Shown here: piece by piece, positions 27,948 through 35,830 of the stretch | How positions within the stretch are numbered: the stretch's first letter is position 1 | Layout of the letters: each line of letters begins with the position of its first letter | Assembly (NCBI GenBank): GCA_965204535.1 | Contig: OZ241996.1 | Span: 852,335-916,334 of the forward strand | Reading direction: 5' to 3' | Source of the DNA: a bacterium | GTDB taxonomy: Bacteria; UBA8248 | DNA: 64,000 bases | The notes under the pieces: generated by a model | Told to the model about the DNA's origin: nothing | The model's database searches: none | What the model saw: the letters and a program-made list of their open reading frames with translations, nothing else | Program-made: the position numbers and the translations under genes

Positions 27948-28039
27948 TCCACCCCGGCGGCGCGGCCCGTCGCTTCCCGTGCTACTTCAACGGCGCACAG
28001 TCTCCTCCACCCCGGCGGCGCGGCCCGTCGCTTCCCGTG
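27938..28039 (+). repeat. 44-bp direct repeat x2 (IS end cacagtctcc plus 34 bp of target) separated by 14 bp
   Basis: 27938-27981 equals 27996-28039. The 14-bp spacer ctacttcaacggcg, together with the 8 nt (cacagtct) that follow it, matches the 21-nt transposase-internal sequence at about 27154-27174. Confidence 0.85.
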
Positions 28040-28364
28040 TCGTTCGTCTGCTTGTGATAATAAGCGCAAGTTGCAGCGCCTCCTGCACCCTCCGCTTGTG
28101 AATCCAGGCGCAAGGTTCAGCACTCTCACCCCTCTTGCCCCTCGCTCTGTCCGCTCAAGCGCCGCGGCGGCTCCCGCTCGCCATTCTCTCCGGCGAAAAT
28201 TCCCCCGTCTCTCGTTCTCACGAATCCGGCAATCTGACGCCATTCGGCGCTTCGGGTTTCACACCGGACGCATCGCTGATGCAGGTGTCGCGTTGGTGCG
28301 GCTGCCCGCGATATGCTGTGAAAATTCGCATCCCCGAGTGTTCCTGTCATGCCGAAACAAGTAA

Positions 28365-28507
28365 TACCAATCTGGTAGCACACGAACCTTTTGAAATTAT
28401 TTCACTTAGAGAATCGCGTATGCTCATGTAATACGGGGAGTTCCTGCAAGATACCAGATTGGTAGTACACGGAGGCGCGCTGCGCTATGATGGCTACCAT
28501 TTTGGTA
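28365..28507. promoter_or_regulatory. three copies of a 13-bp palindromic motif TACCA-N3-TGGTA upstream of the RHH gene
   Basis: The copies are taccaatctggta (28365-28377), taccagattggta (28452-28464) and taccattttggta (28495-28507). A related gaccagactggta lies at 5577-5589 in the left module. Confidence 0.6.
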
Positions 28508-28639
28508 GTTCATGAAACGGCGTCACGAGCATCAATTTTGGGCCCGATGCGGGTGTGATTGGTACAGGAAATGAGAATTTTTGCGGTCGTTTTGCGACCG
28601 GTACGGATGAAAATCTTGTTGAGGGGAGCGGCGAAACGG

Positions 28640-29008
28640 ATGGTTCAGACGATACAGAAGAACATCAGGGTCACGCCCGAGCAGTGGAAACGAATTGAAA
28701 ATGAGGCCGAAAAGCGCGAAACATCACCCAACCGACTGGTGGTAGAGCTCGCGATGGAAGCCCTGGAGCGCCGCGAATGGCCCCGAACCGAAGCGGAAAT
28801 CCACCTCCTGCGCTCTGCAATGTTCATCGCACAGGCCATCATCCGCGACATGGAAAGGAATGGACGCAAGGAAGAGATCGAGCAAATCAGCAGAAATATC
28901 TCCGAAGTCGCGCCGGAATTGCCGGACAAATCGGTCAAGGAGCTAAGAGAGCAGGCGGATCCGCGGAGTGTTAATCTGCGAGACGACCTTTCCGATCAGA
29001 TTGATTAA
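28640..29008 (+). CDS. ribbon-helix-helix-like protein (putative relaxosome accessory/regulator)
   Basis: The start is uncertain (ATG 28640 chosen within ORF 28559-29008). The motif is NIRVTPEQWKRIENEAEKRETSPNRLVVELA. The architecture matches 4916-5302 although GC is low. Confidence 0.5.
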   Translation: MVQTIQKNIRVTPEQWKRIENEAEKRETSPNRLVVELAMEALERREWPRTEAEIHLLRSAMFIAQAIIRDMERNGRKEEIEQISRNISEVAPELPDKSVKELREQADPRSVNLRDDLSDQID

Positions 29009-29203
29009 GGCGAGTAAAGCCATCAATATTAGCAAAAAACACAAGAGCAGAAACATCTCGCAGCCCAGTGCTTTGTCCTTAATCGTGTAATTAAAGTCAT
29101 GGAAAGAGGGGTATCTTCGACCTATCGCATTGACGGCTAGCACCGAGCGGTTCTCTATCTGTGTAAGTCTAGGTCAAACAGTTCACGGACAATCAAAAAG
29201 GCG

Positions 29204-30025
29204 TTACAACTTGTTTTCGAATTCTCGCAGAACGAGGCGTCCGCATGCAGAAAATGGAGCCGCACCACTCTTGATCTCTTCAACTTTCTCCTTGAGCTTG
29301 CTCATTGCATCTTTATTGTCGTGTTGCTGCAACTTTATTGACCTAATTAACAACTTGATCAACCATCTTGTGTCGTCGATGTACTTTCTCCTCGTGTCCA
29401 GTAGGGTTTCGCGAGCATTCAGCCCAAAAATGTCAATACACTTTTGCCCGCGGTCTGTCTTAGCGATTATGACACCGGTATCATCGACTTCAAGGTGATC
29501 CTCGGGATTATCCTCTACAGGATTGAGCAGCATAGGGGACTCTTGCGATTCTTCACCCATTTTTCTTGCTCTAGTCCCCCATATGGGAAATTGATCCCAC
29601 TTTCCGATCCGCCGACCTGTCTTTGTAGTTGAGGGTCTATTGCAGTCTGCGCAAGCAAAAAGAAGATTCCGCCATTCGTATGCGAGCCAATAGTAGCCCG
29701 GGTGTGGCTTTGTCGTACCACCTTCAGTCTCAATCTTAATGACTTGCCTCGTCTCATCAGTTACGCGATTCTTGGGCCGCCAATGTTCAATGTCTCCACG
29801 ATTATTCACCTGTACATGGGACTCGCAGTACACGCATTTTCCGTAGAAAGGCGCGTTTCCTGATTTATATACGCGCTGCATACGCCGGTCCTTATACAAG
29901 TTTGTGACTTTCGGTTTCTGCCCTTTCTCCACACTCTCAACCAGTTTGTCACGGGCAACATCGCATGCTCGGCGCCATTCTTGCCATTCTGCGTTCGTCG
30001 GCTCCTGAAAATCGATCTTGATCAT
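29204..30025 (-). CDS. ptuB: HNH nuclease, Septu PtuB-like (TIGR02646-type)
   Basis: Motifs are CVYCES...GDIEHWRPK and LLFACADCNR. The gene starts 11 nt after the upstream ATPase gene. Confidence 0.6.
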   Translation of the reverse strand: MIKIDFQEPTNAEWQEWRRACDVARDKLVESVEKGQKPKVTNLYKDRRMQRVYKSGNAPFYGKCVYCESHVQVNNRGDIEHWRPKNRVTDETRQVIKIETEGGTTKPHPGYYWLAYEWRNLLFACADCNRPSTTKTGRRIGKWDQFPIWGTRARKMGEESQESPMLLNPVEDNPEDHLEVDDTGVIIAKTDRGQKCIDIFGLNARETLLDTRRKYIDDTRWLIKLLIRSIKLQQHDNKDAMSKLKEKVEEIKSGAAPFSACGRLVLREFENKL

Positions 30026-30036
30026 ATGTGCTTATC

Positions 30037-31329
30037 CTAGGCGCCGAACAAATCGCGGAGTTGTCTTCGCGTCTCTAATCCCAGCGCGTCGCTGTCCAAG
30101 TCCTCTAGTACCATTTTGCTCAAAGTGTCGCGAACGGCTTTTTCCACCATGCGCTGCAACTCCGTCTCCGGCGTCCCAAGCGTCTCATCCACAGTCTTCC
30201 AGAGGTTCTCAATTTCCTCGCGAGTGTCATTGTCTGGTGAATTTTGTCGTTTCAATTCAGCGTAACGCTCGATGTTCTGAATAACGTCGTCGCTAGTCGT
30301 CCATGGCAGCCCAAACAGGTACGAGGTGAGCACCTGGTCCGCACGTTGACCCCTTGGTGGATGAAGATTTGATCGAACTTCGACACTATCTTGACCCTGT
30401 TCAAAAAGGATCAACTGGCAGCATTCGTCGGAAAGCGAGGCCGACCCAATGGCAGTCAATGGCGCGTGTGTGCTTGCGATGAACTGAACACCGGGAAATT
30501 CCTCAGCAAGCACTCTAACCATTTCACGTTGCCACGATGGGTGGAGATGCCTTTCCATTTCATCGAGAAGTACGATCCCCCGAACATGAACATCGAACTT
30601 GCTGCGGGTAGCGAGAAGCGACCATCCGAGAAAGTCACAGATCCACGCGAGCGTTGCGGCATATCCATCGCCGAGCGCGCCTGCGGGAACATAATCACCC
30701 CAAAACCCGCGAACCCGCAGGCCGGAAGAATCCAGAACGGTAGAGCCGGGTTGAAGCATTAGAATTCGATCAATCTGCTGTAATAGTTGCTCGATATTGA
30801 CTCCCTCCCGTGAGATGCGAAAGAGTGCATTCTCGGGATTCTGGAGTCGAGCCGTATAATTAAAGAGGGAATATACGGCATCGATAAGGCGGTACTGTTC
30901 ATAGACTTCACTTCCAATGGTACCGAACGCAGCCCCATAACCACACGCGAGTAGTTCCGAGCGAGAAAAGCCTTTATCCGGGTTGATTCTTTGTTTAACA
31001 TCCTCGGTGTTCGCATCGTTTCTCTCAAAAGTTGTGGTTATCGTATAGGTTTCGTTCGACTCAGTTGTGGAAACAAGTTGCAGTTCTATTTCAGCTTCCT
31101 TGCATCCATTGCGAATGACGTTCCCCGATAACTCGGTTAGAAGACCAGAGGCTCCCGTTTGATCGCAAAGACACATGGCGATGCAACGCAACAAGCTCGT
31201 TTTGCCCATGCCATTATTACCGAGAAGCAGTGTCCAACTCGCGTTTTCTTGAGAGGGTGGGGAGAGATCAATTTCCACCTTTTCAAAGCATTTGATGTTG
31301 GTAAGCTTAATGCGGGAAATGTAGAACAT
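30037..31329 (-). CDS. ptuA: AAA/ABC-type ATPase, Septu PtuA-like
   Basis: The N-terminus is MFYISRIKLTNIKCF. Walker A is GNNGMGKTS and Walker B with the following motif is IVLLDEMERHLHPSWQ. Confidence 0.6.
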   Translation of the reverse strand: MFYISRIKLTNIKCFEKVEIDLSPPSQENASWTLLLGNNGMGKTSLLRCIAMCLCDQTGASGLLTELSGNVIRNGCKEAEIELQLVSTTESNETYTITTTFERNDANTEDVKQRINPDKGFSRSELLACGYGAAFGTIGSEVYEQYRLIDAVYSLFNYTARLQNPENALFRISREGVNIEQLLQQIDRILMLQPGSTVLDSSGLRVRGFWGDYVPAGALGDGYAATLAWICDFLGWSLLATRSKFDVHVRGIVLLDEMERHLHPSWQREMVRVLAEEFPGVQFIASTHAPLTAIGSASLSDECCQLILFEQGQDSVEVRSNLHPPRGQRADQVLTSYLFGLPWTTSDDVIQNIERYAELKRQNSPDNDTREEIENLWKTVDETLGTPETELQRMVEKAVRDTLSKMVLEDLDSDALGLETRRQLRDLFGA

Positions 31330-31770
31330 CCGTGCAACCCCAATCTTACTTTATGTCAGTTCCGAGCAGATTTGCCCCGGATAGTTCAGACCACTAACGA
31401 CAATGACCCTTGAGTATAATGTTAGTTTGACCGTCGAGGATATCTCAATTCGGACGCCTCCCACAACATGAGGAATTACAGTCTGCTGGAAATGAAAACA
31501 AAATGGGTTATGTCTTACTTATCCTCTAATTTCCGAAGGGACGCCCGGCAGGTATTGTGGGACTACGACAAGTGAATTCTAGGCCAGTCCTGCCACCAAT
31601 TTCTACAACGTGTGCTCCCCGTGAAGATGCAGATCTTAGTGCCGGACAAGTATTAGGGGAATTAAGGCCAGTTGAAGGAACACTTAATAAATGGTTTCGT
31701 TATTAAGGCTCGATTAGTTAAATCTTAGTAAAGGAGGTTATTACAACAGCGACTATTGCTGCGCTTCAAT

Positions 31771-33141
31771 TTAGCCAAAGTGTTTGGCCTGCTCCTTTGG
31801 AAGCTGTTCTCTTTCTGTTTCGTTGAATTCCCGTGTCGTGACCCGAGTATGTGCCAGAGGTCGCCGAACGGACTCAGGCGATATTCCGCCGCGAATCGCA
31901 CAAAGCACGCCCGCCGCCTCCCAATAATTCTCGACAATATAGAGTTGATCGGAACGCCAAGGCAGCTTGGTCAAATCATTCTCCATCAGGTTCTTGTTTT
32001 CCCGCACGGCTACTACCGGAATGCCCTGCTCTAATGCAGCTAAAGTTGGTAATCCGACGCAACCATCGGGTATTACCAAACACGAAATATCGGATGCCGA
32101 TATGACACCGGGCTCGGAAATCTGAGACAAATCGGTAACAATTCGTGGACTTTTGTGAAGCCCTTTCAAAACACTCTCGAAAAATGTGAGGGAAATCGCT
32201 TCCGCCGCCATGCGCGGATCTACCACGCCTGGATCCCGATTCGCTATATCTTGGGTTTCGAACATCGGCGAATGGGCCGAGGGCATATTGAATCGGCTTG
32301 ATACGGCATGGGTGAGCATAGCTTCCACACCACCCCAAGGATTCACCATTTCTCCTGCGGCATCGAAGTATCCTTGGTGAAACTCCTCGGGAACCGAGAT
32401 AACCGAGGAAATTGCGACCGCATCGTATTCCCCTTCTTGCTCTTCGAGCACCGCAAAAACACGTTCGATACCACTGATTTCACCGGCAGCGGTACCAAAA
32501 TCGGTAAACTCGGACCTCATCTTCAGTGGCGGTGAAAGTTTGATTACTTCGGGGCAAACCAAGCCGTAGGACGAGCGTGCCGCACTCACGGCGTTTATCG
32601 CGGCGTTCACGAACAAATCGTCTTTGTGGGCATCTATAATGACCAACACCCGGTTGGCTCGTGTTGGAACGAGGCCGATAGTTCCCATCAACAAACGAGC
32701 GATTACGCTACCTTCGACATATAGAGAATTAGCTGGCATCTCGTTAATGTCGGATGCGTTGACCACGTTTGGATGTAGGATCAATGTATCGCAAGTTTCG
32801 GCGATCAGCCTTGCGGCCGACGTCGCATCACCCGCGTGGCCACCAATTTCGGCGCCTATACCCGTTGGAATCAAAAATGCGACATTAAACTGGCTCGTGT
32901 TCTCATACTTGCGCGGTACAAAATCGAATACCGAGATACCCGAGAGGTCGCCAAGTTGAGGCGACGTTTCTAAGCTGCTGATCGCACAACTAACATGGCC
33001 GCCATTTGACTTCGTAATCGCGAATCTGAGAGGTGCGATATTAGCAGTTAACCGAAAACGTGCGGCTTCTCGAATTTGTGAAAGCGCATTTTGCCTATCA
33101 AGTGCTATCGGCAGTTCAAGTTCCAACTCTCTCAAAAGCAA
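31771..33141 (-). CDS. DUF3326-like protein (456 aa)
   Basis: TTG start at 33141, 7 nt after AAGGAG. Motifs IPTGIGAEIGGHAGDA and LILHPNVVNASDINEMP are ones I recognise from DUF3326. An N-terminal extension of about 85 aa is present. Confidence 0.55.
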   Translation of the reverse strand: MLLRELELELPIALDRQNALSQIREAARFRLTANIAPLRFAITKSNGGHVSCAISSLETSPQLGDLSGISVFDFVPRKYENTSQFNVAFLIPTGIGAEIGGHAGDATSAARLIAETCDTLILHPNVVNASDINEMPANSLYVEGSVIARLLMGTIGLVPTRANRVLVIIDAHKDDLFVNAAINAVSAARSSYGLVCPEVIKLSPPLKMRSEFTDFGTAAGEISGIERVFAVLEEQEGEYDAVAISSVISVPEEFHQGYFDAAGEMVNPWGGVEAMLTHAVSSRFNMPSAHSPMFETQDIANRDPGVVDPRMAAEAISLTFFESVLKGLHKSPRIVTDLSQISEPGVISASDISCLVIPDGCVGLPTLAALEQGIPVVAVRENKNLMENDLTKLPWRSDQLYIVENYWEAAGVLCAIRGGISPESVRRPLAHTRVTTREFNETEREQLPKEQAKHFG

Positions 33142-33163
33142 TTCATTCTCCTTACACTACCTA

Positions 33164-33628
33164 TCACAATGTGCGTTCAATAAATGTCTTTTTGAAGGAT
33201 ACCGCCTTAAAGCGTTTGCTCGTAAATTCCGCTGCGACGTCTGGATCAAAAGGTTTGCAGGAAAAGATGTTCACATAAACTGCGCCTAGGATGTCCAGCG
33301 TATGAATGACGATGGTGCTCGTCAGTATGAAACAGACGGCTGAAGTGCCCTTGGTGTGCGGCAGCGTTTGCTGCTCCTCCTCGGGAACTCCTACGTCATC
33401 CCAAAAGTGAACCTCACACTTTTCCATTTCAATCAGGTCGCAAAGATCGGTGAAGAACTTGTCAATATAATCCCGGTTGAAAAATCTGGCTTCACATCCC
33501 ATCAGGTCAAGAACGAGCTCAAAACCATATACTTGACGACTAGCGGTGTCATCATTTTGACTTGCTAAACTCTCATCTACAGCATTTGGGGCCGCATGTC
33601 TCATCAAGCTACTCACCATTCGACTCAC
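33164..33628 (-). CDS. S-adenosylmethionine decarboxylase (pyruvoyl, PF02675)-like protein with a non-canonical processing site
   Basis: GFELVLDLMGC...GTSAVCFILTSTIVIHTLDILGAVYVNIFSCKPFDP aligns by eye with bacterial SpeD/SpeH (G.H...DL.GC ... ESH..IHT.PE....D.F.C). The Glu-Ser site is replaced by Thr-Ser. The start is GTG 33628, abutting the upstream TAA, or ATG 33619. Confidence 0.55.
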   Translation of the reverse strand: MSRMVSSLMRHAAPNAVDESLASQNDDTASRQVYGFELVLDLMGCEARFFNRDYIDKFFTDLCDLIEMEKCEVHFWDDVGVPEEEQQTLPHTKGTSAVCFILTSTIVIHTLDILGAVYVNIFSCKPFDPDVAAEFTSKRFKAVSFKKTFIERTL

Positions 33629-34831
33629 TTAGGACTCTACAGTACCACGCATACGCTGAAACAACCTTTCAAATCCCATACCTGTAACTACTGCCCATAC
33701 TACAGAAAGCCCAGCGTTCAACAATCCAGGCTTCGACAAATCTGGAACAGCGGCTCCACTCTTTATCAGTTCACCCGCAAGAGCAGAAAAAATCAAAATT
33801 CCGGCTAACAGGCCTAGGGGAGCGCCCAATACCATTCGCCATAGCTCCCTCTTCCCAGAAGTAGAACCGACTTCAACTTCGTTAGAATTCCTTAGACCAA
33901 TCAATGCACTGGCAATTGACCCCGCAACACCGAGATAGCCCCAATTCAGAGCGCTCAATGAAAAAGCATATGAATGTGTAGAATCAGGTATTGAATATAG
34001 TATAGGGAGAATCCCCATTAAAGTGAAAACAACTACGCCTACCGAGCCACAAATTCTGATGCTTGAGACGATTGTCGAGCCTTCCGCCCAGTTATATTCA
34101 TAGTCAGCTACATGCTCACGTAGTGAGCGGAGATTTGCACGCAGCGCCTCGACCTTATTATTTTTCTCGTCTTCTTTCTTTTCAATCTCTCGCTCCAGAT
34201 CATCTATGTTGGAAGTGATCTTCTCTTCCCAACTATAATAAAGACTGACATCGTAAGAAAATGCATCTCCATCTGCATATTCCTTAAGTTCTTCAAGGCT
34301 TGAGCGGGCACGTGCCTTAAGGTCTTCAATTGGTAGAAAATCAATCAGTAGGCGGTTTAATGTGAGGATTTGAAACTCCGTCCATCCATCAGGACCCAAA
34401 TTTTCCAACCGGGACACTTCACTCTTTATTTGCTCCTTCCTTGCAGCGAGGCTGTCTAACATCTCAGGCTTAGTGGATTTCAGGTCAATGTTTTTCGCTT
34501 CTTGGATAAGCGCTTCAACTACACTTAGATCTTCTTTCCGGGCCTTATGGACAAATTGCCTGTGGCGAATGACAAACTCGGACACTAATCCTGATAGAAA
34601 TCCCGCTAATGCGAGATAAGTGCAATATGTGCATTTGGGAGCAGTTCCAGGGTTCCCAAAAATTTGGTTACAAATATAGATGACGTAAAGAATGCCAACT
34701 CCCATCACGACTCTGGCAAAATAGAGAAAATAGCGACGCCAGAACGGGAGTTCAGGTGGAAGCTTGTCTTCCGGGGAGGTTTTTCGTCGCTGGATAGTTT
34801 TAGATTGTCCCTCATCAACTTGGTCTGGCAT
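33629..34831 (-). CDS. polytopic membrane protein with a central coiled-coil-like domain
   Basis: Two N-terminal and about four C-terminal hydrophobic helices flank about 200 charged residues (EEKITSNIDDLEREIEKKEDEKNNKVEALRANLRSLRE). No family recognised. Confidence 0.6.
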   Translation of the reverse strand: MPDQVDEGQSKTIQRRKTSPEDKLPPELPFWRRYFLYFARVVMGVGILYVIYICNQIFGNPGTAPKCTYCTYLALAGFLSGLVSEFVIRHRQFVHKARKEDLSVVEALIQEAKNIDLKSTKPEMLDSLAARKEQIKSEVSRLENLGPDGWTEFQILTLNRLLIDFLPIEDLKARARSSLEELKEYADGDAFSYDVSLYYSWEEKITSNIDDLEREIEKKEDEKNNKVEALRANLRSLREHVADYEYNWAEGSTIVSSIRICGSVGVVVFTLMGILPILYSIPDSTHSYAFSLSALNWGYLGVAGSIASALIGLRNSNEVEVGSTSGKRELWRMVLGAPLGLLAGILIFSALAGELIKSGAAVPDLSKPGLLNAGLSVVWAVVTGMGFERLFQRMRGTVES

Positions 34832-35347
34832 TTGTCATTTCGTCTCCGCAAATTCCCTGTCTTTGGGCTGTTCACGAACATAGGGCGATTCACGCGAACT
34901 GCCCTAGTACGGAAAGGCGAATAAAAACAAACAAATTTGAATAGACCGTGAGTCTATCTTTTGAAGATCGAACCGGTCAACCGAGGAGACTCGCCCTTAC
35001 ATCCATCCCCTCTGTCTTTTCTATTCCCCCGTGTTCGTGCTTGCTTTGCAGCTGTTTTTCATGAGAAGCGCACATGGAGTGGGGAGGCGGAGCATCACTT
35101 CATCGGGCGCGCTCGGCGAGGCGGCCTTATTCCTGCGTAGCACCGCTTTGCTCGACATCTTGTTCAATTTCTTCTACCCATTGGGGCCACAGCTTCGTGC
35201 GAACAGAAAGTGGATTTCCCTCAAGGGAATCTGGAGCCTCTCGTTCACGATGGGCATGAAATGCAAGGTCCTCGGGTAGGGACGGCTCTTGAGGGAAGTA
35301 CATTTCCCTATCAGTCTTGACGATTCTGCCTCATATACTTCACCATC

Positions 35348-35806
35348 GTGATTGACCCAAGCGAGAGGACCCATTGGTTGGACAAGAAAAACCTCACCGA
35401 GCAGGACATTCGCACGAAATTCATCACGCCAGAAGTACTTCAGGTGGAGTGTTACGTGAGGACACAGATGCGAGAGGACGTGCGCCTGACGGACGGTCGT
35501 ATCAACGTGTACGGCAAACTTGTTAATCGGCGCAAGGGTAAGCGGGCCAACAACATCTTAGAGTACAAACCCAACATCCCCATCGCCGCCATCCAAGTAA
35601 ATGACAACAAACATGCAATAGGCGACGTAATGCAGCAGTCAGTGTATTGCGCTGAGATGGCTGATGTTCACTTCATCTTCTCCTCGAACGGAGACGGCTT
35701 CGTCATTCACGACAAAACGGGCGTGGATAAGACTGTACTTCCACAGGCTATCCCCCAGCTAAGTGTTAGTGACGACAGCCACAAACTGTACACGATAGCG
35801 GGATAA
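35348..35806 (+). pseudogene. hsdR: N-terminal stub of a type I restriction R subunit (decayed)
   Basis: LTEQDIRTKFITPE...DGRINVYGKLVNRRKGKRANNILEYKPNIPIAAIQVNDNKHAIGDVMQQ...FIFSSNGDGF matches the HsdR N-terminal nuclease domain. The expected E-x-K core reads QVN, and the ORF stops after about 150 aa with no helicase part. Confidence 0.6.
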
Positions 35807-35830
35807 CTCATGGAGAATTAGAGTAGCAAC

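Larger units (their letters stand above)
25180..28267 (+). repeat. right copy of the homologous block, interrupted by the IS1182-family element
   Basis: It is collinear with the reverse complement of 5754-6965, apart from the insertion at 26133-28005. Confidence 0.75.

Noticed and set aside
28943-29143. 66-aa hydrophobic minus-strand ORF between the RHH gene and ptuB
   Set aside because: It overlaps the 3' end of the RHH gene and has no RBS. The hydrophobic stretch may simply reflect AT-rich sequence. It cannot be supported.
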